IMG/VR virus record: IMGVR_UViG_3300002835_000068
Coordinates: 1-64,000 of that record
Strand: one strand, 5' to 3'
From: a virus
Length of the DNA stretch: 64,000 nucleotides
The notes beneath the pieces are model-generated. The model had not been told where the DNA came from. It was given only the letters and a program-made list of their open reading frames with translations, and searched no databases. Position numbers and translations under genes: made by a program. This document shows, piece after piece, positions 11,238-21,193 of the stretch (position 1 is the first letter of the stretch; every line of letters starts with the position of its first letter).

Positions 11238-11762
11238 ATGACCACTTATAATTTTTCTGCCACGGGAGTTAAGTACCCCCTTGAAAACTCCCCTGTAAAC
11301 GTACACGGAGACTTTAAAAAACTAGCAGAATCTTTAGATGCAATTCTACCAGCGTATGGCGTATCATATTTCCAGATTGATGTAAATAATAATAGCGGAT
11401 CAGCAATTGATGCAGGAGTTCCAGTTATTGCAACAAATGGAAAAGTAAATGGAAAGGTCACAATTGCAAAAGCCCTTCCATCAACCACTTCCCCAATATT
11501 GGGATTATTGAAAAATAATACAGCAAATAATTCTGATGGAATAGTCGTTGTTGCTGGAGTTATGGAAGGACTAAATACTTCTGGTTTTGCTGCAGGACAA
11601 ACACTATATGTTGGTGCATCTGGAGGATTAACCAATGTTAGACCAACAGGAGGATCTGCAGCAGTTGGAATTTGTGCAGTTGCAGATAATGTTAATGGAA
11701 TTGTAATAGTAGAGGCAAAAGGAAACGGTACCTGGGGAGCACTCAGAGACGGTTTGTCGTGA
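11238..11762 (+). CDS. Virion protein (DUF2190/capsid-cement-like beta domain)
   Basis: GIVVVAGV...AAGQTLYVGASGGLT pattern; TATAAT at 11223-11228. Confidence 0.6.
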   Translation: MTTYNFSATGVKYPLENSPVNVHGDFKKLAESLDAILPAYGVSYFQIDVNNNSGSAIDAGVPVIATNGKVNGKVTIAKALPSTTSPILGLLKNNTANNSDGIVVVAGVMEGLNTSGFAAGQTLYVGASGGLTNVRPTGGSAAVGICAVADNVNGIVIVEAKGNGTWGALRDGLS

Positions 11763-11774
11763 TATAATAAACAA

Positions 11775-12164
11775 ATGGCAACTTTTAGAAACCAACCCAC
11801 AGACTCTTACGCATTAGGGGCAGCGCCACCAGAAATTAAATGGACAGTTGTTCGTGGAGACTCAGCAGCATTTCGTGTTTATGTGACTAATGATGCAAGA
11901 CAGCCACTCCTTCTTGAAGACTGGCAAGTTGACATGGATATCTATAGACCTTCAACTGATGATGTAGTTTTAAGTTTAACTCCACAACCTATTGAGTTTC
12001 AAGACGAAGAAGGAAGTTTTACAGTTACTTTAACATCATCACAATCTCAACTTCTTGAGACAGGAGATATCTTCGATATACAACTCACAGAACTTCTATC
12101 AGAAGGCAGAGTTTGGACGGTAGCCAAAGGCTCAATGGTTATTGTTGAAGACATAACACAGTAA
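11775..12164 (+). CDS. Virion accessory protein (BppU-like), paralog of 2599-2994
   Basis: WTVVRGDS...FDIQL...WTVAKGSM; leaderless after TGATATAAT. Confidence 0.65.
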   Translation: MATFRNQPTDSYALGAAPPEIKWTVVRGDSAAFRVYVTNDARQPLLLEDWQVDMDIYRPSTDDVVLSLTPQPIEFQDEEGSFTVTLTSSQSQLLETGDIFDIQLTELLSEGRVWTVAKGSMVIVEDITQ

Positions 12165-12373
12165 TGCAAACAACTCATCAATTAGCACACGGACAAATAA
12201 AAGAACTTGACTCAAGGTCTATTCGTATAGATCACATACAGCCAAAAGCGGTTTTACTTGAAGTATTACCTTTTAGAGTTCGCTTTACAAACGTAAGTGT
12301 GTTTGGATATTCAAAAACAAATCCACCTCCAATCCCACTTCAAGTTATTGGATACAGCAACTATATTCTCTAA
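12164..12373 (+). CDS. Hypothetical protein
   Basis: TAATG coupling to upstream gene. Confidence 0.6.
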   Translation: MQTTHQLAHGQIKELDSRSIRIDHIQPKAVLLEVLPFRVRFTNVSVFGYSKTNPPPIPLQVIGYSNYIL

Positions 12374-12406
12374 TTAGATTAATTAAAAGGGTGATATAAT
12401 TACCAC

Positions 12407-12853
12407 ATGGCTAAAGTATCAATTCCAGCAGTTAAGAGTCTATTCCAAACTGGAGATAGACCAACTCAAGAAAACTATGAAGATTTAATCGATACCGCTT
12501 CAGCACAGGCAACAGACCTTGGCTCAGCAGGTAATAATGAAAACACAATCACTGGTATTGAGAACGTAACTGTTGTTGATAACTTTGACGCTACAGTTTG
12601 GCGAATGGTCAAGTATATTGTTTCAATATCAAAGACCTCTGCAGGGGACAATAAGTTCTATGCAACCGAACTAACAATTCTCGTTGACGGTACAAATGTA
12701 AATGTCAGCGAATACGGAACAATCGACAATGATGGGAATATTGGCACCATTAATGTCTCTCGCACTGGAAATACCGTGGCCTTAACAGTCACTCCAGACC
12801 CTGCGATCAAGCCAGTCACAGTTCGTTACGCACGAATTGGACTTAAGGCATAA
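12407..12853 (+). CDS. Virion structural protein; domain related to C-terminus of 12871-14463
   Basis: FQTGDRPTQENYEDLID; KYIV...SEYG motif; leaderless. Confidence 0.7.
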   Translation: MAKVSIPAVKSLFQTGDRPTQENYEDLIDTASAQATDLGSAGNNENTITGIENVTVVDNFDATVWRMVKYIVSISKTSAGDNKFYATELTILVDGTNVNVSEYGTIDNDGNIGTINVSRTGNTVALTVTPDPAIKPVTVRYARIGLKA

Positions 12854-12870
12854 CTAAGGAGATATAAAAA

Positions 12871-14463
12871 ATGGCAACAGTAAATAAAGATTTTAAGATT
12901 AAGAGTGGACTCGTCGTTGAAGGCCTACAAGGTACAATCAACGGTGAGGTAATTCTTACAGAAAATGCAGGAGATCAATACATTCTTGATTTGATTGGTG
13001 GAGAAACACTAGTCAAGTCAGTATCAAACCAGTTTGATGTTTCAGCAGGTGGAGAACTTTCACTTGATCGTACAGTAGTAGATGCTTATTATGATGCAGC
13101 AGGTTCAGCAGACGATGCAGAGACAGCAGCAAACTCTTACACAGATGGAAGAGAAACAGCAATTACAACTGCTTATGAAGCATACGCAGACCAGGCAGAA
13201 GTAGACGCTAAGGCTTACACAGACACTCGTGAGACAGCAATTACAACTGCTTATCAGGGATATGCTGACACAGCAGAGGCAGATGCTAAGTCTTATGCAG
13301 ATAGCCTTGCACCAAACTATGACCCAGCAGGTTCAGCATCAACAGCACAGTCTAACGCAGAAGATTATGCAGATGCAAAGATTAGCGATGCAAATGGCAC
13401 TGCTACAGATAAGGCTTGGTCAGCATACAAGACAAGCACAGAAATTGGTCTTGCACAGGCAGCAGCAGAACAGCATGCAGACGATGCAGTTGCAGCCCTT
13501 GTAGACGGTGCTCCAGCCCTTCTTGACACACTTAATGAGTTGGCTGCAGCATTGGCTGATAATCCAAACTATGCAACTGATGTTGCTAACCTTGTTGCAG
13601 GCAAGCAGAACAATCTAACTGAAGGCGCAAACATTGATATTACAGACGATGTAATCTCTGTAGTTGGCCTTGATTCAGCAGACATCTCAGACTTCAACAC
13701 AGCAGCAGTTGCAGCAACAGCAGCAGCATACGATATGTATGGTGCAGCAGCAGCAGCACAATCAGCAGCAGAAGACTACGCAGATGGCCTTGCAATAAAC
13801 TACGATGCAGCAGGTTCTGCTTTAACAGCACAGACTAATGCTGAATCTTTTGCTACAAATGCAATTAATGATCTTGACACAGACGATATTGAAGAGGGTG
13901 CAACAAACCAATACTTCCTAGATTCTCGTGCCAAGACTTCAGCAGCAGATCTTTTGACTGGTGCAAATCTTACAAATATCACAATCACAGGATCAGGTGC
14001 AGGACTTACTATTACCGCAGAAAACGGTGTAGCAGATTCTACAACTACTGATCTTGCAGAAGGTACAAATAAGTACTTTACAGATGCTCGTGCTCGTGAT
14101 GCGGTAGATGGAACAGATCGTTCATTTACTTCTGTTGAGTTAAACTCAGTTGCTAAGCAGATTGCAGCAACACTATCAGCACCTACAGCAGGAATTCAAG
14201 TAGCACACGCCTTCGCAAAGGCTGACTACCGTTCAGCAGAATACCTTGTAAAGGTTGCCTACGGAACACATACTGAAATATCAAAGGTCCTTTTGACACT
14301 TGACTCTTCAGATAACATTGCAATCACTGAATACGGAATTGTTGGAACAAATGGCTCAGCGTCATCAATTTCAGCAGGTATTTCAGGAGCAAACGTACAA
14401 CTACAGGTAACAACCGCTAACAATGACTCAACAGTTACTGTTATGGGTACACTTCTAGTTTAA
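12871..14463 (+). CDS. Tail fibre-like protein with Ala-rich repeats
   Basis: YDxAGSA repeats, GAPALLDTLNELAAAL fibre motif, EGxTNxYF repeats; AAGGAG SD. Confidence 0.75.
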   Translation: MATVNKDFKIKSGLVVEGLQGTINGEVILTENAGDQYILDLIGGETLVKSVSNQFDVSAGGELSLDRTVVDAYYDAAGSADDAETAANSYTDGRETAITTAYEAYADQAEVDAKAYTDTRETAITTAYQGYADTAEADAKSYADSLAPNYDPAGSASTAQSNAEDYADAKISDANGTATDKAWSAYKTSTEIGLAQAAAEQHADDAVAALVDGAPALLDTLNELAAALADNPNYATDVANLVAGKQNNLTEGANIDITDDVISVVGLDSADISDFNTAAVAATAAAYDMYGAAAAAQSAAEDYADGLAINYDAAGSALTAQTNAESFATNAINDLDTDDIEEGATNQYFLDSRAKTSAADLLTGANLTNITITGSGAGLTITAENGVADSTTTDLAEGTNKYFTDARARDAVDGTDRSFTSVELNSVAKQIAATLSAPTAGIQVAHAFAKADYRSAEYLVKVAYGTHTEISKVLLTLDSSDNIAITEYGIVGTNGSASSISAGISGANVQLQVTTANNDSTVTVMGTLLV

Positions 14464-14498
14464 TAAAAAATAAAAATAGTTGGAAGAAGGAGCAGTAA

Positions 14499-14948
14499 AT
14501 GGCAACAGTCGATAAAGACTTCAAGGTCAAGAATGGGTTAGTCGTAGCAAACGGCGGTACATTCGGAAATGCAGTAACAGTAGGAGCACCAACTCTTGCT
14601 GAACATGCAGCAACTAAGGAGTATGTCGATAACCGTTCAATGGCTGTTGGCTCAACCGCTCCTTCTTCACCAACTAATGGAACAATGTGGCTAGACACTC
14701 TAACAAACAGAGTTAACTTCTATTACGAGGGTTCTTGGTATACCCAGGCAACTATCGATGATACAAATAACTTACCACAGCACATTCACGATACCGCAAT
14801 TGATGGAACTGGTTTCATAGTATCTCAGTTCTATGAAGGTGGATCATTCAATAGCCCATTGGGTGTAGGTTTGGATGCAGGTGGACCAAGTACAACAACT
14901 TGGACAGTTGTATTCGATGGTGGTAGTGTAGTAGATAATTTCAATTAA
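14499..14948 (+). CDS. Short fibre-associated protein sharing the MATVxKDFKxKxGLVV N-terminus
   Basis: HAATKEYVD and APSSPTNGTMWLD fibre motifs. Confidence 0.7.
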   Translation: MATVDKDFKVKNGLVVANGGTFGNAVTVGAPTLAEHAATKEYVDNRSMAVGSTAPSSPTNGTMWLDTLTNRVNFYYEGSWYTQATIDDTNNLPQHIHDTAIDGTGFIVSQFYEGGSFNSPLGVGLDAGGPSTTTWTVVFDGGSVVDNFN

Positions 14949-15005
14949 AAATTGATGTTATAATAAGATAAGATAATTGGGCAGCCCCCATAAGGAGAAT
15001 ATAAA

Positions 15006-16550
15006 ATGGCAACAAGAATGCAACAGCGCAGAGGAACTGCAGAACAATGGACGGCTGCGAACCCAACTCTAGCAGCAGGAGAAATCGGATTTGAAATTGA
15101 TACTAATCAGTTTAAGATGGGTGACGGAGCAAACGCATGGTCAGCACTATCTTACTTTAAGAACCTAGAAGACCTAGGCGGATCTTTAGATGACTACGTT
15201 CCAGTAGCACTTGTTGGAGAGCCAGATGGTATTGCAACACTAAATGCCAGTGGACATATTCCAATTTCACAACTAGGATCACTAATTACTAATGCCCCAG
15301 GAGTCTTAGACACACTAGGAGAAATTGCTGAATTCGTTACAGCAGTAGATACAGCAGTAGATACCCACGAAGCAAAGACTCTTAATGTTCATGGCATTGC
15401 AGATACAGCGCAACTTGAAACATTAACTGGTGCACAGACAAAGGCTACAGCAGCCCAGTCAGCAGCCGAACTTACAGCAAGTAACGCACTTACTGCACAC
15501 AATAATGACAGCACAGATGTTCACGGAATTGCTGACACATCAGTTTTAGCAACACAAACAAATATTTCAACAGCAATAACAGCACACAATGATGATACAA
15601 CAAATGTTCATGGCATTGCAGACACAGCAGCCCTTGCAACTACAGCAGCAACAGCATCAGCAATTGGGACAGCAGTTTCTGACCACAATGCAGTTACAAC
15701 AAATGTTCACGGTATTTCAGACACTGCAGCACTTGCAACTAAGACATATGCTGACGGAGCAGTTTCAACTGCAGTCTCAGCACTAACAAAGTCTTCAGTA
15801 GGCCTTGCAAATGTAGACAATACAGCAGATGCAGATAAGCCAGTATCAACAGCAGCACAAACTGCTCTTGACCTAAAGGCACCAAAGGCAGATCCAACAT
15901 TCACAGGAACTGTATCAGGTGTTACAAAGGCTCACGTAGGTCTTGGAAATGTTGACAATACTTCAGATGCAGATAAGCCAGTTTCAACAGCACAGGCTAC
16001 AGCAATCGCAACTGCTAAGTCAGAGGCTATTGCAGATGCTACATCACAGGTAAATGCAGTAATCGCATCTGCCCCAGCAGCACTAAATACTCTTGATGAA
16101 CTTGCAGCAGCACTGGGTGACGATGCAAACTTTGCAACAACAGTAACAAACTCTCTAGCAGCAAAGGCACCGCTTGCAGACCCAACATTTACTGGTACAG
16201 TAACTGTATCAGCATCTGGAATAGCATTTTCAGACGGTACTCAAACAAAGTTGGGAGTTCCATCTGTAACAACATTTGCAACAGCAATCTCATCATCTGC
16301 AACACTTGCAGCGGGAGAAGCAGACAAGTTTGTTCCACTAACTGGAGCAGTAACGATTACACTTCCTGCAACAGGATACTCAACTGGACAGTCAATTGAC
16401 TTCTACCAGGCTTCAGGAACTGGAGCACAGTTTGCTTCAACCAACAGCGTTGTAGGAACACCAGGTTTGAAGTTCAGAACTACAAACTCAGTTGTAACAG
16501 CAATGAAGACTTCAAGTGGATGGTTGGTCTTCGGAGACCTTTCAGCATAA
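15006..16550 (+). CDS. Tail fibre with Mtd_N-like N-terminus
   Basis: QRRGTAEQWTAANPTLAAGEIGFEIDT...KMGDG; VHGIxDT x4; VGLxNVDNTxDADKPVSTA x2. Confidence 0.8.
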   Translation: MATRMQQRRGTAEQWTAANPTLAAGEIGFEIDTNQFKMGDGANAWSALSYFKNLEDLGGSLDDYVPVALVGEPDGIATLNASGHIPISQLGSLITNAPGVLDTLGEIAEFVTAVDTAVDTHEAKTLNVHGIADTAQLETLTGAQTKATAAQSAAELTASNALTAHNNDSTDVHGIADTSVLATQTNISTAITAHNDDTTNVHGIADTAALATTAATASAIGTAVSDHNAVTTNVHGISDTAALATKTYADGAVSTAVSALTKSSVGLANVDNTADADKPVSTAAQTALDLKAPKADPTFTGTVSGVTKAHVGLGNVDNTSDADKPVSTAQATAIATAKSEAIADATSQVNAVIASAPAALNTLDELAAALGDDANFATTVTNSLAAKAPLADPTFTGTVTVSASGIAFSDGTQTKLGVPSVTTFATAISSSATLAAGEADKFVPLTGAVTITLPATGYSTGQSIDFYQASGTGAQFASTNSVVGTPGLKFRTTNSVVTAMKTSSGWLVFGDLSA

Positions 16551-16573
16551 TAAAAAATTAAAGGAGATTAACT

Positions 16574-18178
16574 ATGTCAAAACAAGCAGGTAGAATGAGC
16601 CAGTCGTCAAACGACTTCCTGGCTCCATACGCACCAACCATAGGAACAGCAACAGATGTTGGAACTAACCGTCCATATAACAATGGTGCAGCGACAGTAA
16701 CATTTACTGCCACTGGTCCAAACGCAGCAGATTCTTTTACAGTTTATGCTGTTGAAGATCCAACCAAAACTGCAACTGGTGCATCATCTCCTTTAACAGT
16801 TACTGGTCTTTCATCAGCAACCAACTATACATTTAAGGTATACGGAACAAACACAGCAGGTGGCCGTGGATCTGACTCAGCAGCATCAAATCAGATCACA
16901 GCAACAACTGTTCCACAGGCACCATCTTTAGGAGCAATAACAGTCTCATGCTCTGCTCGTGCCTTGAATGATGGACTTGTAACAGTTGCAATGACAGCAA
17001 ATGCAACTGGAGGAAAAGCAATCTCTGGATACTATGCAGTTTCTAATGGTGGACAAAATGCTTCTTCAGCATCCTCTCCAGTTAGCGTTACTGGTTTATT
17101 GTCAGCAACAAACTATACTTTCCAGGGAAGAGTTTCTAATGCAAATGGAAACTCTGAACTAACCGCTTCTTCTTCTGCAGTAACTGTAACAACAGTTCCA
17201 GGACAGGTTACAGCAGTTTCAGCATCATCACCTTCAGCAGGAGTAGACAGAATTACCTGGACAGCACCATCAAACGGTGGTTCAGCAATTACTCAATACA
17301 ACTGGGTTTCATCTGATGGAAAATCTGGAAGCACAGCAGCAACTTCTATTGATATTTCTCAAGAACAGGGAACTGCACAGACTTATACTGTTACTGCAGT
17401 TAATGCTTGTGGAGCAGGGCCAGCATCTGGTGCTTCAAATAGCATAACAACAACATTTTCATTCGTCCCATTCGGAGTGTTTGGATTCTCCCCATTCGGA
17501 GTGTTCTCGTTCTCTCCATTTGGAGTGTTCTCGTTCTCTCCATTTGGTTTCTCCCCATTCGGAGTGTTCGGTTTCTCCCCATTCGGATTCTCACCATTCG
17601 GATTCTCTCCGTTTGGATTCTCACCATTCGGATTCTCACCGTTCTCATTCTCACCGTCTGGATTCAGTTTCACACCACGCTTCATGGCATCGCTTGCACC
17701 AATGACAAAGGTCAGAATGGCAGACGGATCTATGAAGGCTGCAGAAGACGTTTACGTCGGAGATGTACTAATGTCTGTAGAACTTCCAGAGTTTGCAAAC
17801 TCTTACACAACAGAAGAATTGATGGCTTGGACATCAACGCAAGATATTGCAGACCTAACGCTAACTACCACAACAGTTAATAAAGTAACGATACATCCTT
17901 CTGATAAAGTAATTAGCGTTAATGAAGATGTCTTCTCTCCAAACCACCTTATATTGATAAAGAGAGACGCTACGGTATTCATGTGTAGAGCAGACAACCT
18001 AACTCCTACAGACCTAATTTGGGATTATTCTACCAATGGATGGGCAGAAATATCAGTACTCGAAATGCATGATTATGATCACACAGTTATTACTATTAAC
18101 TGTGAGCCTAACGACCTATTCTTTACACATAGTGCACTAACGCACGACGGTAACGAATGGAACCCAAATCAAGCATAA
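16574..18178 (+). CDS. Triple fibronectin type III protein with (FSPFG)n tract and C-terminal Hint domain
   Basis: FN3 motifs (VTGL..ATNYTF.V...N..G), Phe/Pro/Gly repeats, Hint domain. Confidence 0.85.
   Translation: MSKQAGRMSQSSNDFLAPYAPTIGTATDVGTNRPYNNGAATVTFTATGPNAADSFTVYAVEDPTKTATGASSPLTVTGLSSATNYTFKVYGTNTAGGRGSDSAASNQITATTVPQAPSLGAITVSCSARALNDGLVTVAMTANATGGKAISGYYAVSNGGQNASSASSPVSVTGLLSATNYTFQGRVSNANGNSELTASSSAVTVTTVPGQVTAVSASSPSAGVDRITWTAPSNGGSAITQYNWVSSDGKSGSTAATSIDISQEQGTAQTYTVTAVNACGAGPASGASNSITTTFSFVPFGVFGFSPFGVFSFSPFGVFSFSPFGFSPFGVFGFSPFGFSPFGFSPFGFSPFGFSPFSFSPSGFSFTPRFMASLAPMTKVRMADGSMKAAEDVYVGDVLMSVELPEFANSYTTEELMAWTSTQDIADLTLTTTTVNKVTIHPSDKVISVNEDVFSPNHLILIKRDATVFMCRADNLTPTDLIWDYSTNGWAEISVLEMHDYDHTVITINCEPNDLFFTHSALTHDGNEWNPNQA
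17456..17689 (+). repeat. Coding repeat tract: 8 exact FSPFG plus variants
   Basis: FSFVPFGVFGFSPFG...FSPFSFSPSGFSFTPRFMA. Confidence 0.95.
17690..18148 (+). other. Hint domain copy 2, 153 aa
   Basis: SLAPMTKVRMADG...SPNH...LFFTHSALTHD; colinear with copy 1. Confidence 0.85.
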
Positions 18179-18233
18179 ACGGTATACATTTTTTTAATGG
18201 TATAATTATTACACTACTAGAAAAGGGTAAAGA

Positions 18234-18932
18234 ATGAATAGCAATAGCCTTCCACCAAACGATAACGGCATGCCACAAAAACTAGATTGGGGCACAGCGT
18301 CTGTAAGTAAGTCTAAGAAACCTCACAAGTTTTTTGAAAGACATTTAGACAATAACTTAATGATACTATCTGCAGAATTACAAGATAGGTACAAGAAGAT
18401 TGAACAAGCAAAGTTAATAGGAATAACAGAAGTTAAAGATAATGAACTTTGGAAGCAGTCAAATAGCGTATCTACAATGAAATGGAGAGAGTACAACGTA
18501 TTTCAATTCCATTCAACAGGACTGCATAATCTTTACAAGTCTATTCGTGAAATGACACAAGAAGCATGCGAGTATTATGAAATAGATTTTGATAGGCAAA
18601 AGTTTATGGTTCAGGGATGGTTTAATATAACACATTCTGGAAAAGGTAAACTAGATTGGCACGATCATGGACCTTCAGGGGCTCCAAACTTTCATGGGTA
18701 CTATTCTGTAAGTGCAGAACCATCTATAACTCATTACAGAGTTTTTGATAAAGAAATAGAAAACCATAATGTAAATAATCGTGCAATCCTTTCTGAAATG
18801 GGACATCCACACGCTATGGCAGACTGGGACTGGGAAGGTCCTAGAATAACTGTTGCTTATGATCTAACACCTCTTGCAGATTTAAAGAGATTTGGTATGG
18901 ATCAAGAGCAACACTGGATTCCTTTAGTATAG
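18234..18932 (+). CDS. 2OG-Fe(II) oxygenase-like protein (TIGR02466-like)
   Basis: WFN...WHDH...GYYSV...HPH...RITVAYD. Confidence 0.7.
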   Translation: MNSNSLPPNDNGMPQKLDWGTASVSKSKKPHKFFERHLDNNLMILSAELQDRYKKIEQAKLIGITEVKDNELWKQSNSVSTMKWREYNVFQFHSTGLHNLYKSIREMTQEACEYYEIDFDRQKFMVQGWFNITHSGKGKLDWHDHGPSGAPNFHGYYSVSAEPSITHYRVFDKEIENHNVNNRAILSEMGHPHAMADWDWEGPRITVAYDLTPLADLKRFGMDQEQHWIPLV

Positions 18933-19069
18933 TGAAAACAAAAAAAATAGTTTGTTTTTTACTTGGTCATAAAATTGTTCAAGAATCTTGTCCAGTTACA
19001 GATGCCAAGAAAACATATTGCAAAAGATGTTCTCCAGTTGTACACAATTCTCGTGTAACATTTTCTTAA
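18932..19069 (+). CDS. 45-aa Cys/His zinc-finger-like protein (below ORF-track cutoff)
   Basis: MKTKKIVCFLLGHKIVQESCPVTDAKKTYCKRCS...; GTG start overlaps upstream TAG. Confidence 0.55.
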   Translation: MKTKKIVCFLLGHKIVQESCPVTDAKKTYCKRCSPVVHNSRVTFS

Positions 19070-19089
19070 TATAAACTATAGGTTTACAT

Positions 19090-19122
19090 AGAGTTTTACT
19101 TTTTATAAAACTCTGCTATACT
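19090..19122 (+). promoter_or_regulatory. nrdJ promoter (TGCTATACT) overlapped by a 9-bp inverted repeat
   Basis: AGAGTTTTA-N7-TAAAACTCT then GCTATACT. Confidence 0.55.
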
Positions 19123-19159
19123 TAACACTTAATCCGTTTTTGAAAGGACGATACACATT

Positions 19160-21193
19160 ATGTCAGATTTTTTTAGTTTTAAACTTCCAGAGGACTTCGT
19201 AGAAAAGTACAAAAGCCAAGAAAGCCCATTTGGGTTTAAGGATGCAGCAGAAAATTCACTTGGAGAAATTACTTTTATTCGTACATATTCTCGCATGAAG
19301 GAAGATGGAACTAAAGAAAGATGGCACGAGGTGTGTCGCCGTGTAATCGAGGGTATGTATTCAGTACAGAAGAATCATGCTAAAGAAAACCGTTTACCGT
19401 GGAATGATTACAAAGCACAGAAGTCTGCACAAGAAGCATTCCAAAGAATGTTTGAATTAAAATGGACACCACCAGGTCGTGGCATGTGGGCATTTGGAAC
19501 CCCTATGACTATGGAGAAGAAGAACTCAGCAGCACTACAAAACTGTGCAATGGTTTCAACAAAGGACCTTGATAAGAATGATCCAGGAGCCTTGTTTGCC
19601 TGGGTAATGGATGCATTGATGCTTGGCATTGGTGTAGGGTTTGACACAGTAGGACAGGATAAGAATTTCTCAATCTATACCCCAACAGAACCAGAACAGG
19701 TGTTCGAAATTCCAGACACTCGTGAAGGCTGGGTAGAGTCAGTACGCCTTCTCATTAACTCTTACTTGAGAGCAAACCAGAGTATTCAGAAGTTTAACTA
19801 CGATTTAATCAGACCTCTTGGAGCCCCTATTAAGGGCTTTGGAGGCGTTGCATCAGGGCCTGCACCTCTTATCAAGTTGCACGACCAGATAGACCGTGTA
19901 ATCGGCTCCAGAGGCGGAGAAACACTAGACTCTCGTGCTATCGTAGACCTTGTAAACCTTATTGGTACCTGTGTGGTATCAGGCAATGTTCGTAGATCAG
20001 CAACACTTGCTTTGGGTACAGCAGGAGATGAAACATTTATGAATCTAAAGAATTCAGAGATGTTCCCAGAGCGTAACTCATTTGATCCAGAGAATCCAGG
20101 TTGGGCTTGGATGTCTAATAATTCTATTTCAGCAGAAGTGGGAACAAAGTACGAAGACTATGTAGATTTAATTACAGAAAACGGAGAACCAGGTTTTATC
20201 TGGCTTGATGTTGCTCGTAATTATGGACGACTAAAGGATGCGCCAGACGGTAAGGATTATCGTGTGATGGGATTTAACCCATGTGCGGAGCAGCCATTGG
20301 AATCATACGAACTATGTACACTTGTAGAAGTGCACTTGAATCGTCATGAATCTAAGGAAGATTTCCTGCGTACCCTAAAGTTTGCATACCTTTATGGAAA
20401 GACCGTAACTCTTGTTCCAACACACTGGCCACAAACAAACGGCATTATGCAACGTAATCGTCGTATTGGTACATCACTTACTGGTATTGCATCATTTGCA
20501 GATCAAAAGGGTTTGCCAATTGTTCGTGAGTGGATGGATGAAGGCTACAACAAGATTCGTCACTATGATCACCAGTACTCTGAGTGGCTATGTGTTCGTG
20601 AGTCAATTCGTGTAACAACGGTTAAGCCATCAGGATCAGTTTCAATTCTTTCTGGTGCAACTCCTGGAGTTCACTGGGGACCTGGAGGAAACTTCTTCCT
20701 TCGTGCAGTTCGATTTGGAAACACAGATCCAATGATGCATCTGTTTAAAGCAGCGGGGTACACAATTGAAGACGACGTAGTATCAGCAAACACATCAGTT
20801 GTATACTTCCCAATTAAGTCAGGTCATCCAAGATCTGAAAAGGATGTTACATTATTTGAGAAGATTGCTCTTGCTGCAACTGCTCAGAAGTATTGGTCTG
20901 ACAATGGTGTTTCTGTAACACTTTCATTTGACAAGGAAACAGAGTCAAAGCATGTTGTTCCAGCACTGCATATGTATGAGGGACAACTAAAGGCAGTCTC
21001 ATTCCTACCAATGGGAAACCATACATATCCACAACAGCCATATACTCAGATTACTGAAGAGCAATATGAGTCATATATTGGCAAGTTGAAGCACATTGAT
21101 TTTGCTGCTATTTATGATGGAGCAGAAAATCTTGAGGCTCAAGGTGAGATGTACTGCACTACAGACTATTGCGAAATAAAGATTGGAAAATAA
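19160..21193 (+). CDS. nrdJ: Class II adenosylcobalamin-dependent ribonucleotide reductase (monomeric RTPR type)
   Basis: PPGRG, GNVRRSA, NPCAEQPL, TVKPSGS, C-terminal CTTDYC. Confidence 0.93.
   Translation: MSDFFSFKLPEDFVEKYKSQESPFGFKDAAENSLGEITFIRTYSRMKEDGTKERWHEVCRRVIEGMYSVQKNHAKENRLPWNDYKAQKSAQEAFQRMFELKWTPPGRGMWAFGTPMTMEKKNSAALQNCAMVSTKDLDKNDPGALFAWVMDALMLGIGVGFDTVGQDKNFSIYTPTEPEQVFEIPDTREGWVESVRLLINSYLRANQSIQKFNYDLIRPLGAPIKGFGGVASGPAPLIKLHDQIDRVIGSRGGETLDSRAIVDLVNLIGTCVVSGNVRRSATLALGTAGDETFMNLKNSEMFPERNSFDPENPGWAWMSNNSISAEVGTKYEDYVDLITENGEPGFIWLDVARNYGRLKDAPDGKDYRVMGFNPCAEQPLESYELCTLVEVHLNRHESKEDFLRTLKFAYLYGKTVTLVPTHWPQTNGIMQRNRRIGTSLTGIASFADQKGLPIVREWMDEGYNKIRHYDHQYSEWLCVRESIRVTTVKPSGSVSILSGATPGVHWGPGGNFFLRAVRFGNTDPMMHLFKAAGYTIEDDVVSANTSVVYFPIKSGHPRSEKDVTLFEKIALAATAQKYWSDNGVSVTLSFDKETESKHVVPALHMYEGQLKAVSFLPMGNHTYPQQPYTQITEEQYESYIGKLKHIDFAAIYDGAENLEAQGEMYCTTDYCEIKIGK

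Noticed and set aside
19123-19159. Cobalamin riboswitch before class II RNR
   Set aside because: Leader is only ~30 nt, far too short, with no B12-box
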